51,462 nt of DNA from an uncultured Clostridia bacterium (GTDB lineage Bacteria > Bacillota > Clostridia > TANB77 > CAG-508), in contig CANRKF010000003.1 in assembly GCA_947631145.1 (NCBI GenBank), forward strand, positions 1 through 51,462, given 5' to 3'. Below, piece after piece: positions 22,967 to 34,037 of this stretch. The notes under the pieces were generated by a model. The model ran no database searches. It saw nothing but the letters and a program-made list of their open reading frames with translations, and was not told the origin of the DNA. Each line of letters starts with the position of its first letter. Positions within the stretch are counted from its first letter, which is position 1. Position numbers and translations under genes: made by a program.

Positions 22967-24955
22967 TTATTCTTGAGAATAACTTTCTTTAACTTCTACA
23001 GGTTCTGGTTGTTTATACATATTTAAAATATTTCCAAGTTCATTGGTAAAGTCCTGTAATAAAACAATTTTAATGCTTGGTAATTTTCCATCAATGTAAT
23101 CATCTATAATTTGTTTTAATTTTTTTACATTTTGCATTTCTGGCTCAATTTCTTTAGTAAATCTTTTTGCTCTATCTACTAGCTTTTCCTTTATTGTTAC
23201 AATATCTTCATTACTTGCGCATGAAATTCTTTGGAACATTTGAAATGGATCATAATATTTTAAAATAGGTATATTCATACATTCTTTGTCAAATAAGTCA
23301 TAGAATTGTTCCATTTTCATAGGAATATTTTTAAATATTTCTTCTGCTTTTTCACGGTACATTTTATCTTTTAATTGTAAATTAATTCCATTAAAATGAA
23401 TTAATATTTCTTCCATTTCAGTAGCAATATCTTCTTCAATTGCAACTTGTGATAGTTCTTCTTCAACATTGCTACAATAACTAGAAGTTAAAGATGCAAT
23501 ATTCATTCCATTAAAGAATACACTTTTTATTGTTCTCATGTCATATCTTATTAAATCTTTTCTAATAAAATATACAAAATATGCAAATAGTTTTACAATT
23601 TGAATAAGCTCAATATTTCCATTTTTAACATCATCTAAAGTTTGATCTATTACGCCATCAAATTGGTCATCTGGAATTTTCCAATACTCTTCTGTAAGAA
23701 GTCTTTTATAGCCGGGTAACTGACTAGTATCAATAGTATTACGTATTACTTCCATATTTTCTTTAAATACTTTCATATCAAAAATACGTGTACGAATGTA
23801 TTTTTCTATGAATTTAAAGAAACGATATTCTGCTTTAAAGTTATAATAGTAGTTATTATCAAATTCTTTAATATAAAATTGCCTATTATCCATAAATACC
23901 CTTGAAGATACTAAAATAGATTTGTATTCTTCGTTGCTATTAATGTTAATAAATTTATCTTTTGTAATTTTACCTGCTTTAATTTCGAACGAAATTGCTA
24001 TTGTAAAAATAAGCATGGTTTGTAATATACGATTGTTTGTATTTGGATATGCTTTAGATACCATATCAAATATTTTTTTGAAGTCATTTAATGCATGTTT
24101 TAAAATACGCAAGTTTCTAGTTCCACTTTTATTAAAGGTTGATGTGATTAAATTTGTGTTTTCTCTTAAGAAACGTATTAAATCTGGATATGATTCATAA
24201 CGCATTAAAAGTCCATTAATAATGTAGTTAAATTCTGGCGCATATTCAAAAGTTTCACCTATTAATTTTTCTTTAATTCTTTCATAATCATTTGCTTTAT
24301 CAAAAACATATTCAATGGTATCACGTATTCTTTCTACCATTGGTTTATCTGTTTTCATGGTTAGTTTGTTTTCTTTATCTAATAAATAAGTAGCAATAAA
24401 GGTTTTCATTTCTAAATTGCTATTTTTTAATTTTGTAGATAATTCTTTTTCATTACAAATTATAATAGTTTTTATATGGTCATGTTCTACAAAGTTATTA
24501 ATGTAACCTAAAATATCTATAACGTCTACGTTTGCTCTTTCTAGGTCATCAAAACAAAGTACTTTATCTTCTGTAGAGAAAAATTGTGCATAGTCTAGTC
24601 TATCTCCATTTTGTGTAACTCCAAAGAAGTTTGCCATATCTAAACCTGTTTTGGCATATTCTGGAATATTTCCTATGCCACTTGCATCCATATATTTTTT
24701 TAAGTTTTTGTCCATTAATTGTGTGGTTTCAATAAATATTTTTTTACTAATTTCTTCCAAATTAGAAATTCCATATAATGACATATAAATTGCTGTTACT
24801 TTTCTTCCACCTACTTGCATTGCTTCTATTTTTGGTCTGATTTTATGGTTCCAGAAGTAGGTTTTTCCGCTTCCCCATTCACCATTAATCATTATGGCAT
24901 AATCTGTGTATTCTGCTCTAATATAATCTAAAATGCTTTCTACTAAATCGTCCAT
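22967..24955 (-). CDS. KAP family P-loop NTPase
   Basis: GEWGSGKT Walker A, LCFDDLER Walker B, NLR motif. Confidence 0.85.
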   Translation of the reverse strand: MDDLVESILDYIRAEYTDYAIMINGEWGSGKTYFWNHKIRPKIEAMQVGGRKVTAIYMSLYGISNLEEISKKIFIETTQLMDKNLKKYMDASGIGNIPEYAKTGLDMANFFGVTQNGDRLDYAQFFSTEDKVLCFDDLERANVDVIDILGYINNFVEHDHIKTIIICNEKELSTKLKNSNLEMKTFIATYLLDKENKLTMKTDKPMVERIRDTIEYVFDKANDYERIKEKLIGETFEYAPEFNYIINGLLMRYESYPDLIRFLRENTNLITSTFNKSGTRNLRILKHALNDFKKIFDMVSKAYPNTNNRILQTMLIFTIAISFEIKAGKITKDKFININSNEEYKSILVSSRVFMDNRQFYIKEFDNNYYYNFKAEYRFFKFIEKYIRTRIFDMKVFKENMEVIRNTIDTSQLPGYKRLLTEEYWKIPDDQFDGVIDQTLDDVKNGNIELIQIVKLFAYFVYFIRKDLIRYDMRTIKSVFFNGMNIASLTSSYCSNVEEELSQVAIEEDIATEMEEILIHFNGINLQLKDKMYREKAEEIFKNIPMKMEQFYDLFDKECMNIPILKYYDPFQMFQRISCASNEDIVTIKEKLVDRAKRFTKEIEPEMQNVKKLKQIIDDYIDGKLPSIKIVLLQDFTNELGNILNMYKQPEPVEVKESYSQE

Positions 24956-25079
24956 ATTTTCCTCCTTCATTTGTATTATTGCTTTTTATTTCTTTCTTAC
25001 GAAATATATATTTTACTTTTTAAATTTTGGGTTTGCAAATTTTTTGTTTTTTTAAATTCTTTTCATTGCAAAGCCATTA

Positions 25080-25210
25080 GGTTTTCGAAATTTCTTACTT
25101 TGCAAAAACATTTGCTTTTCGAATTTTCTTACTTTGCAAAATCACAAAATCTTTTGGTTTTCGAAACCATTTACTTTGCAATACTTTGCTTTTCAAGATT
25201 ATTTACTTCT
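25080..25210. repeat. Degenerate ~35-bp repeat (ttttcgaa...ttactttgcaa) downstream of comF
   Basis: About 4 copies; the last overlaps the comF stop. Confidence 0.7.
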
Positions 25211-25853
25211 CAAAATCTTTTGCTAAAGTTAATAAAGCTACTGACTTTGCTCCTGCTTGCATTATAATTTTTTGACATTCCATGCAGGTTGCACCAGTAG
25301 TATAAATATCATCAAAAAGTATAATATTTTTTTCTTTTATTTTTTGCATATTTTGAATTTTATATGCATTTTTAACATTATTAAATCTTTCTTTTTTACC
25401 CAAAGTGCTTTGTATATTTGTTTCTTTTTGTTTTATTAAAATATTGTTTAAATATTCCAAATTTTCAGTGTTTTTAGCTATTTCTTTTGCTATTAATTCG
25501 GTTTGATTATAACCTCTTTTAGCAATTTTCTTTTTTGTCATTGGAACTGGAATTATTATATCATAATTTTTTAAAAATCTACACACTTTTTCATTTTTTA
25601 TAAAAAATTCCGAAAACATTTTGTAAAGATATGCTTTATCTTTAAATTTATATTGTAAAATTTTTTCTCTTATTATTCCTTCATATTGAAAAATATAGCA
25701 ATGTTTAATATTTCCATAAGTTATTATTTGTGGCATATAATTTTCTTGTATTTTTTTTGCACACGCTTTGCATATATAATTTTCAGTTTCTTTTCCGCAA
25801 ATTCCACATGTAGGCGGAAAAATAAAAGTGAGCACACTTTCTAAAAAGTTCAT
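25203..25853 (-). CDS. comFC: ComF family phosphoribosyltransferase-like competence protein
   Basis: CGIC...CKAC zinc finger, RGYNQ, LFDDIYTTGAT. Confidence 0.9.
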   Translation of the reverse strand: MNFLESVLTFIFPPTCGICGKETENYICKACAKKIQENYMPQIITYGNIKHCYIFQYEGIIREKILQYKFKDKAYLYKMFSEFFIKNEKVCRFLKNYDIIIPVPMTKKKIAKRGYNQTELIAKEIAKNTENLEYLNNILIKQKETNIQSTLGKKERFNNVKNAYKIQNMQKIKEKNIILFDDIYTTGATCMECQKIIMQAGAKSVALLTLAKDFEK

Positions 25854-26051
25854 ATTTGTATAAACCTCCTTAAAAATAATGCCCCCAATTTATTTAATTT
25901 AAAATACTCTTATTATAAATATTAGTTGATATTAAATATAAGTAACTTAATAAAGAAGTTACTTTATTTTCATTATAAGTAACTTAATAAAGATGCTAGT
26001 TTATATTAATTATAAAAACTTGACTGTAACTTATTAATATTAGCAAAATTA

Positions 26052-28275
26052 TTAACTTATTATAGTCTTTAGTTTAAATTCTAGCCCAGTATTACGTGTT
26101 TTGCTATTTGCATTTTGTATCATAAATTCTAAAACTTTTGGATTTCCTATTAATATTAGTAGTTTTTTTGCTCTTGTCATAGCAGTATATAGCAAAGTTC
26201 TAGTAAGTAAAACTGGTGCTGCTTGCATTATTGGCATAATAACAACATCAAATTCACTTCCGCTGTGCTTTATGAACAGTAATAGCATATGCATGTTCTA
26301 TTTGCTCTAATTCTTCAAAACTATACCAAACTAGTTTATCATCATCAAATTTTATTTTTATTCTTTTTTCTTCCTCATCTATGTTTAAAATTGTTCCATA
26401 TTCCCCATTAAATACGCCTTTTCCCATTTCTAACTTTGGCTCATGTTTTTCCCAGTAAATATCATAATTATTTTTTATTTGCATTATTCTATCTCCTTCG
26501 CGGAAAATAGAATCTATGTACTTTCTTTCTTTTTTGTTTTCTGATGGTGGGTTAACTGTATTTTGTAAACATTTATTTAATTCTTTTGTTCCAAGTTCTC
26601 CTTTTTTTGTTGCACTAATAACTTGAATATTTTTTATGAAATCATAATCTCCATAATTTTTAAGTCTTCCATTACTTAATGAAATTATATTTTCTAGTAT
26701 TTTTAGTTTATTAGGTTCATTAATGAAGAAAAAGTCATCCAAAAGATTTTGAGTATTTTCTTCTTTTTTAAATATACTAACTCCTTCATTTACCTTATGG
26801 CTGTTTAAAATAATTTTACTTTTTGCAGCTTGTCTAAAAATTTTATTTAAAGTTATTGTAGTTATTTTGTTAGAAGCTATAATGTCTTTTAATACATTTC
26901 CCGGTCCTACAGATGGAAGTTGATTACTATCTCCTACTAATATTAGCTTAGTTCCTTTATATATAGCTTGAAGTAAATAATTCATAAGAAAAATATCTAC
27001 CATAGAAACTTCGTCTACAATAATAACATCTGCATCTATAGGTGTTACTTCAACATCTGCTTCCAAAGTTTGTAATTCATCATTTGAGGTTTTTCCTATT
27101 TCTAACAATCTGTGAAGAGTTTTGGCTTCTTCACCTGTTGTTTCTGTCATTCTTTTAGCGGCTCTACCAGTTGGTGCACAAAGAACCACTTTTTTTTGCT
27201 CATTTTTATATAATTCAATAATTGTTTTTATAATTGTGGTTTTACCTGTGCCGGGTCCTCCTGTAATAACACATACATTATTTTCTTGCACAGCATATAA
27301 AGCTTCTTTTTGCTTATCTGACAATTCTAGTTCAGATTTTTCAATTTTTTTAAGTTTTTTATCAAAATTATCAATTTCTTTTACATTTAAATAATTATTT
27401 AAAGCAAGTAAGTTTTCTGCTATATTTACCTCTACTTTATAGTAATTTTGCAAATATACCCACTCTTGTTTTGAATCTCTATCTTCAATTACAATTTCTT
27501 TATTTACCTGTAAAAATATTATATTATTTTCTATCATTTGATCTGAAACGCCTAATAGTTCTTTTGAAAATTGAACTAGATTTTCATATAAAACTGCGCA
27601 ATGCCCATTATTAGTGGCAAGCTTTAAAGCATATTTTATACCACTTCTAATTCTTACATCACTTTCAACATCCATTCCCATTTCTATAGCTTTTTGATCG
27701 ATTTGCATAAAATTGGCTCTTGCAGATAAATCTATTAATATGTATGGGTTGCTTTCAATTTGTTCTATTGTTGTAGGTCCTAATTTTTTATAAATTGCTT
27801 CTGCTCCATTAGCACCTATTCCAAATTTTTCTAGATATTCAACAATTCTCCAAATATCCCAATTACTATTAAAGCTTTCTGAAATTTCTATTGCTTTTTC
27901 TTTTGTAATACCTTTTATGCACACCAATTTTTCTGGTTCATACCTTATAATTGCTATTACTTCTTTTCCAAAGGTATTTATCATTTTTTTTGCAGTAGCA
28001 GCGCCAATTCCTTTTATTTTTCCACTTGATAAGTATTTTTCTATTGCATCTAAAGATTCTGGCATTAGTTTTTCAAAGGTTTCCACTTTAAATTGCGTTC
28101 CATATTCTGGATGTTCTACAATATTTCCAACTACCTTTAAATTATCTCCTTTTTCAATAAAAGGAAGATAGCCAACTACTGTGGTTTCTTCTTCTTCAGT
28201 TTCAAAGTTTGCTATAGTATAACTATTTATTTCATTACGATAAATTATTTCTTTAATTTCACCTTTAAGTTCCAA
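26052..28275 (-). CDS. recD2: ATP-dependent RecD2 helicase, about 740 aa after a +1 shift at CGG-A (26259-26262)
   Basis: GGPGTGKT, VDEVSM; skipping base 26262 restores TVHKAQGSEFD...LLYTAMTRAK; TTG start after GAGGTG. Confidence 0.92.
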
Positions 28276-28293
28276 ATTAACACCTCTTGTTTT

Positions 28294-28444
28294 TGTCGCT
28301 TCAGGAACGTTTCTTTTTGCGACATTTTGTCGTTTCAGGGACGTTTCTTTTTGCGACATTTTGTCGCCTCGGGGACATATGTTGTTTTAACATGTGGCAC
28401 TAATGCGACACTTTGTCGCGTTAAGAAACGTCCCCAACGCGACA
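28294..28444. repeat. REP-like cluster 3
   Basis: Four TGTCG...GCGACA units just upstream of the recD2 RBS. Confidence 0.9.
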
Positions 28445-28474
28445 ATTTGCAAATTTACATATATTATATATTTT

Positions 28475-28831
28475 TTATTTTATATTGTCTATACTATCTA
28501 TTAATTCTTTACATTCTCTCCAATTTGCTATTTTTATTTCGTCATAATCTTTTGAAAGTTTTTCTAAAATTTTTTCTGTTTCATCTGTTGAATTTAGGTC
28601 AACTGCTATTATATCTTTAATGTTTTCTTCCTTTCCATATATTATACGAAATAATAGTGATCGCAAGAAACCTTCTATTTTTCTTTCTTGATTTTTTGCA
28701 GCAATAATAACATAAATTCCATCTGATTTTAAATTTGTATATGTATAAGTATAAATTATTGTTTTTATTATTTCAAATAGTCCATATAGAGCTAAAACCC
28801 ATAAAATTCCATTTAAAATATAATTAAACAT
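28475..28831 (-). CDS. Small membrane-anchored protein with a GT2-like fragment
   Basis: N-terminal TM segment; VIIAAKNQE and VDLNSTDET. Confidence 0.65.
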   Translation of the reverse strand: MFNYILNGILWVLALYGLFEIIKTIIYTYTYTNLKSDGIYVIIAAKNQERKIEGFLRSLLFRIIYGKEENIKDIIAVDLNSTDETEKILEKLSKDYDEIKIANWRECKELIDSIDNIK

Positions 28832-28914
28832 TTTCTTTCTCCCTATTCTATTTTTTATTCAATATTTTATGCTATGCTAGTTTTTTATGTTACGGTTTTA
28901 GTTTAAATTTTATT

Positions 28915-28943
28915 TTGACACTTTTTTATTTTTATTATATACT
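28915..28943 (+). promoter_or_regulatory. Sigma-A promoter predicted to give a leaderless mRNA
   Basis: TTGACA-N17-TATACT, ATG 7 nt downstream, no Shine-Dalgarno. Confidence 0.75.
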
Positions 28944-28950
28944 TAAACGT

Positions 28951-29841
28951 ATGAAAGAAATTATTGTAACTCCTAAATATAATGGAAAAAAATTAAATAC
29001 TTTTTTGTTAGATACCTTTAGCGGTCTTTCTATGAATTTACTATATAAAACTCTTCGAAAAAAAGATATTCGTGTTAATGATATAAAAGTTTCAGAAAAT
29101 GTAGTAATTCATACAGGAGATAATATTAAGGTATTTCTTTCTGATGAGCAATTACTTGGTACAATTACTAGTTTAGAAATTATATATGAAGATGAAAATA
29201 TAATAGCTGTAAATAAACCTGCCGGTATTGAAGTTGTTGGAAATGATTCTTCTTTAACTAATATTGTAAATAATTTTTTAAAACAACGACTTTCAAGCGA
29301 ACTAAATTCTAATTTTAAAAATATTGAAGCTAAGCCTTGCCATCGTTTAGATAGAAATACTACAGGAATAGTTTTGTTTGCTAAAAATGATGCTAGTTTA
29401 AATATTCTGCTTGATAAGTTTAAAAATAGAGAAATTGAAAAGCATTATTACGCTAACGTTTATGGTATTCCTAAAGTAAAACATGAGGATTTAACTGCTT
29501 ATTTATTTAAAGATGCTAAAAAATCTTTAGTATATATTTCAGATGTTCCTAAAAAGGGTTATGAAAAAATTAAAACTTCTTATGATGTAATTAGTGTGGA
29601 TAAAAAAGCAAATACAAGTATTTTAGATGTTACGCTTCATACTGGCAAAACGCATCAAATTCGTGCTCATTTAGCTCATATTGGATTTCCAATTATTGGT
29701 GATGGCAAGTATGGAAATAATGAAATTAATAAAAAGTTTAAGGCAAAAGTGCAAAAGCTTACAAGTTACTCTATTGAATTTAAATTTACTACTTCTGCTG
29801 GGCATTTAGATTATTTGAAAGGAGTAAAGATTTCTCTTTAA
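28951..29841 (+). CDS. RluA/RluC family pseudouridine synthase with S4 domain
   Basis: NKPAG, HRLDRNTTG, TGKTHQIR, GDGKYG. Confidence 0.93.
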   Translation: MKEIIVTPKYNGKKLNTFLLDTFSGLSMNLLYKTLRKKDIRVNDIKVSENVVIHTGDNIKVFLSDEQLLGTITSLEIIYEDENIIAVNKPAGIEVVGNDSSLTNIVNNFLKQRLSSELNSNFKNIEAKPCHRLDRNTTGIVLFAKNDASLNILLDKFKNREIEKHYYANVYGIPKVKHEDLTAYLFKDAKKSLVYISDVPKKGYEKIKTSYDVISVDKKANTSILDVTLHTGKTHQIRAHLAHIGFPIIGDGKYGNNEINKKFKAKVQKLTSYSIEFKFTTSAGHLDYLKGVKISL

Positions 29842-29981
29842 TGAAGCAATCTTTCAAAATAGTTAGTTAATGGTTTTATAGCTAATTACTTGAATAGTAC
29901 AGTAAAACTTGCTTTTTCTCATTGAAAGAGTTATAATTTAGCCAAGACTTTTTGTCTAATATTTTTTTAGGAAGTGATAAA

Positions 29982-30512
29982 ATGTTTACAGATGAAATGC
30001 AGGCAAAAATTCGTAGCTACACCCCTCCTCCAGTAAGTGAATTTGAAAAACAAAAGGAACTAAAACGGCAGCAAAAAATTGAAAAGAGAGTAGAAAAAGA
30101 CGCACAATATCTTTGGAACAAATTGCAAGAGCTTTACGAAAAGTACATTCCATACTTTGCAAAGTATAATCTTAATGGTAGTCATCCAATAAGATTTATG
30201 TTTGGAAGCACCAGAGTTGGCACTCATCCTCACCATGTTTATTACACTATTCCTATATATGCAGATTTTGGATATTTTTTGCTTTCTCGAAGAAAAATAA
30301 AATATCCTGAATTAACTTTTCGTCTTTTGAAGGAAATAGCTTTAAACAATGGATTGGATGTATACTTTCAGGCTGATACCAGTTATCAAGGTTTAAGTAA
30401 TTGGTTTGAGCACTATTTTGAGCACTATTATACATTTAAATTTACAAAAAATTGGTATCCTGGAGGGAAAGGAACTTTCGATTACCATCCTAATAGTAAG
30501 CTTTATATTTAG
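29982..30512 (+). CDS. Hypothetical protein
   Basis: 176-codon ORF with AGGAAGTGA RBS and downstream terminator; no family recognised. Confidence 0.65.
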   Translation: MFTDEMQAKIRSYTPPPVSEFEKQKELKRQQKIEKRVEKDAQYLWNKLQELYEKYIPYFAKYNLNGSHPIRFMFGSTRVGTHPHHVYYTIPIYADFGYFLLSRRKIKYPELTFRLLKEIALNNGLDVYFQADTSYQGLSNWFEHYFEHYYTFKFTKNWYPGGKGTFDYHPNSKLYI

Positions 30513-30521
30513 TTTTATCAT

Positions 30522-30560
30522 TTCAAAACAGTAACCTATAATTTTAGGTTACTGTTTGAA
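30522..30560. terminator. Intrinsic terminator between convergent genes
   Basis: aaacagtaaccta / taggttactgttt inverted repeat. Confidence 0.75.
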
Positions 30561-30667
30561 TTTTACTCAAATACATTTTTCTCCTTTGTTTCCTAAGCTT
30601 TTGATTTTCATTTCTTTTTAAAGTTTTGTAAGCAAAATATTATATCTTTTAATAATTTTGTATTTTT

Positions 30668-32467
30668 TTATTTAATAACTTCTTGAAATTCTTCAGCTGA
30701 TATTACTTCTTTTTCAATTAATACTCCAGCTAATCTGTTTAGCTTATCCATGTTGTTAGCTAAAATAGTTTGTGCTTTTAAGTAAGCGTTATCTAACATA
30801 ATTTTTACTTCGGCACCGATTGCATCTCCAAATTTTTCACCTAGTAGTTGCAATTCGTAAGGATCTTTTTCTGTATCTATTGAAATTGGACCTAAGTTAT
30901 CACTCATACCATATTTTGTAATCATATCTTTTGCTATTTGAGTTGCAACTTCTATATCGTTACTTGCACCAGTAGAAATATCATTTAATGCAATTTTTTC
31001 TGCAGCTCTACCACCAAGTAGTGCAATTAATTTTTCTTCCATTTCTGTTTTAGAAATGTAATATTTATCTTCATTTGTTTTATACATTGTGTAGCCACCT
31101 GCTATACCACGTGGTATAATTGAAACCTCTTTAATATCTTTTTGAGTTTCTAGCTGACTACTTACAATGGCATGTCCTGCTTCATGGAAGGCTGTTAATT
31201 TTTTATCTTTATCTGAAATTACTCTACTTTGTCTTTCTAGTCCTACTGTAACTTTTTTAATTGCCTCTTCAATATCATCATGCGTAATTTCTTCATGTCT
31301 TTTAATTGTTGCAATTATAGCTGCTTCATTTAAAATATTTGCAAGTTCTGCTCCTGAAAAGCCTGCCGTGTCTCCTGCAATATCTTTTAAATCTACACCT
31401 TTTTCTAACTTTTTACCTTTAGCATGAATTTTTAAAATTTCTTCTCTACCATGCATATCAGGAAGTGCAATATTAATTTGTCTATCAAATCTTCCGGGTC
31501 TTAATAAGGCTTTATCTAACATTTCTGGTCTGTTAGTTGCTGCTAAAACTATAATTGTTTCATCGGTGTCAAATCCATCCATTTCAACTAATAGCTGATT
31601 TAAGGTTTGATTATTTTCTGTTTCTGCACCGCTTCCGCTTGTTCTTCTTGAACCTATTGCATCAATTTCATCTATAAATATAATGCAAGGTGCAATTTTT
31701 TTAGCTTTTTCAAACAATTTTCTTACTCTAGATGCTCCAAGCCCTGCAAACATTTCTATAAATTCTGAACCACTCATAGAAATAAATGGTACATTTGCTT
31801 CTCCTGCAATTGCTTTTGCAATTAAAGTTTTACCAGTACCAGGTTTTCCACATAGTAAAACTCCACGTGGAATTTTGGCTCCCATATCATAAAATTTCTT
31901 AGGATTTTTTAAGAAGTCTACTATTTCTATCATTTCATTTTTTTCTTCATCTAAGCCTGCTACATCATTAAACTTTATTTTTGATTTTGTAGTTTCTGCA
32001 TCATATACTTTTCCTTTATCTCCCAAGCCCTGCATTTTAAGAAGAAATACAAATAGTATTACAATTAAAATTGTAGGTAATAAAGAAAATAAATAATCAA
32101 ATATTGTTACAAAAATGCTTCTTTCTTTTTGTATTAATTCAATTTGGTTTCCTTGCAATTTCTTTTCTTGTATTAATTCTACAAAAGCTTGCGTACTAGG
32201 TACAAGTGCTGTTTTTTCCTTCTCTTCACCTTTTATTTTTACTTTTACAGATGTGCTTCCTACTTTCATTTCTACTTTTTCAATGTTATTTGCATCTATT
32301 TTTTCTATTAAATCTGTGTATGCAATTGTATTTTCATCTTTAGATTTGCTTTGATTTATTAGTAAAACTGTTACAATTAAAATAACTAATAATAATGCTA
32401 TTAATGCTATAATATAATATGTGGTATAATCGTTTTTTTCTTTTTGTTTATTATTATCTTCACTCAT
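30668..32467 (-). CDS. ftsH: ATP-dependent zinc metalloprotease FtsH
   Basis: Two TM segments, GKPGTGKT, FIDEID, HEAGH. Confidence 0.96.
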   Translation of the reverse strand: MSEDNNKQKEKNDYTTYYIIALIALLLVILIVTVLLINQSKSKDENTIAYTDLIEKIDANNIEKVEMKVGSTSVKVKIKGEEKEKTALVPSTQAFVELIQEKKLQGNQIELIQKERSIFVTIFDYLFSLLPTILIVILFVFLLKMQGLGDKGKVYDAETTKSKIKFNDVAGLDEEKNEMIEIVDFLKNPKKFYDMGAKIPRGVLLCGKPGTGKTLIAKAIAGEANVPFISMSGSEFIEMFAGLGASRVRKLFEKAKKIAPCIIFIDEIDAIGSRRTSGSGAETENNQTLNQLLVEMDGFDTDETIIVLAATNRPEMLDKALLRPGRFDRQINIALPDMHGREEILKIHAKGKKLEKGVDLKDIAGDTAGFSGAELANILNEAAIIATIKRHEEITHDDIEEAIKKVTVGLERQSRVISDKDKKLTAFHEAGHAIVSSQLETQKDIKEVSIIPRGIAGGYTMYKTNEDKYYISKTEMEEKLIALLGGRAAEKIALNDISTGASNDIEVATQIAKDMITKYGMSDNLGPISIDTEKDPYELQLLGEKFGDAIGAEVKIMLDNAYLKAQTILANNMDKLNRLAGVLIEKEVISAEEFQEVIK

Positions 32468-32549
32468 TTAAAAAAACATTCCTTTCTTTCTAACTTCTCT
32501 TTGAGTACATATTTTTAATTATTTTTTTATTAATTACATTTTATAATTT

Positions 32550-32740
32550 TAATTATCGGTTTTTATATTAGCCTGTGGGCTATTTCCTTTATGTTTTATT
32601 TTTATATTAGCTTGTTGTACTATTCTCATTATGTTTTTCTTTTATATTTGCTTGTGGGTTATTATCATTATGCTTTACTTTTATATTTGCTTATGGACTA
32701 TTTTCATTATGCTTTTTCTTTTATATTTGCTTGTGGTTCA
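32550..32740. repeat. ~39-bp decaying tandem copies of the 3' end of the upstream gene
   Basis: ttatgctttttcttttatatttgcttgtgg at 32707 recurs at about 32668, 32629 and 32589. Confidence 0.8.
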
Positions 32741-33774
32741 GGGCCATTATTATTTTCTTTTTTTTCTTGTTTTTTCTTTTCTTCTTTTCTTTGCTTTTCG
32801 TCTTTCTTTCTAACTCTTTCTTTTTCTTCTTCTTCTTTTCTTTCTAACTCTTTTTTTGCCATTTCTTGTTTGATTTTTTCTTGTTCTTCTATAATTTTTG
32901 AAAGTTCCATTTGTTTTTTAATTATATCTGATTTTATCATTAAAATTGCTGTAAATATATAAATACATGTAATTGCTGTATACATTACTGAAAAATAGGT
33001 TATTGTGTACCCTGTTAATGTATTTATTACTGTATAAACTAAATTAAGTAAAACTGGTAAAGTTAAACTATATATTGCTATATTATATACAACACTAAAT
33101 CTCAATTTTATTCTAGAAATTCCACCTAATATATATCCTATTAATGAGTATAAAATAGCATCTAACAACACTAAGGCAAAATTATTAATATATAAGAATA
33201 TAAATATTACGCCAAAGAAAATTGCATCTAATTTATATACAGAACTTCCAGAAATAAAATTTATTATATCATTTTTTTCTATATTTACTAAATGAATTCC
33301 ATCTGTTAAATCTTTTAAATATATTGGTTCAGAAATCATATTGTAAGTTTTTATTATTATTTTATCTTTTAAAATAATTAGGCCATTATAATAACTTTCT
33401 ATATCGCTTTTATATTTATTAATTTGTTCTTCTGTTAAATCTGCTGTATCAATAATTATTCTTCCATTAAAGTTTGTTTCTTCATCTATAATTATTGCTT
33501 CATTTGGCTTGTCCTTTGAATTAACGTAAAGAATTCCATTTTTAAAGCTAAGCTCTTCTATATGTTCTTCTATATAAGCTCCTATATTTTGAATTACATT
33601 ATGAAATACATACGTTATACTTAAAGTAGAAAAGAAAGCAAAAATTAACATTAAAATTGCTATATAGATTATTGTTCTTTTTATTTTTTCTGTAGCTAAT
33701 TTTTGATATTCTTCTAAATTGAATATGCTTAGCTTTAATTTTTTGAAAAATGACATTTTACTTTCTTCTTCCAC
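32707..33774 (-). CDS. DUF1189-like membrane protein with a charged C-terminal tail
   Basis: N-terminal TM segment, three C-terminal TM segments, YSLTLP motif. Confidence 0.7.
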   Translation of the reverse strand: MEEESKMSFFKKLKLSIFNLEEYQKLATEKIKRTIIYIAILMLIFAFFSTLSITYVFHNVIQNIGAYIEEHIEELSFKNGILYVNSKDKPNEAIIIDEETNFNGRIIIDTADLTEEQINKYKSDIESYYNGLIILKDKIIIKTYNMISEPIYLKDLTDGIHLVNIEKNDIINFISGSSVYKLDAIFFGVIFIFLYINNFALVLLDAILYSLIGYILGGISRIKLRFSVVYNIAIYSLTLPVLLNLVYTVINTLTGYTITYFSVMYTAITCIYIFTAILMIKSDIIKKQMELSKIIEEQEKIKQEMAKKELERKEEEEKERVRKKDEKQRKEEKKKQEKKENNNGPEPQANIKEKA

Positions 33775-33875
33775 TTTTTAGCCTCTTTTCTTACATTCCG
33801 TTTTGATTTATAAATATTTATTAGTTTCGTCAGTTATATATTTTTTTACTTTGCCAATTTATGTTCTATTCATTT

Positions 33876-33990
33876 TGTTAGCTATTTTATAACATATGTT
33901 ATATTAGCTTTGCTAGCTATTTTATAACATATGTTATATTAGTTTTGCCAGCTATTTTATAAAATATGTTATATTAATTTTGCTAATTAT
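33876..33990. repeat. 33-bp tandem repeat (agctattttataacatatgttatattag), 3 copies
   Basis: Seen directly. Confidence 0.8.
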
Positions 33991-34037
33991 TTTTATTATT
34001 TCCAAGAATTGTTATAGTATTCTTTAGTTTTATATTT

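Noticed and set aside
28276-28359. N-terminal extension of RecD2
   Set aside because: It is translated REP-like repeat; an RBS and TTG start lie at 28275.
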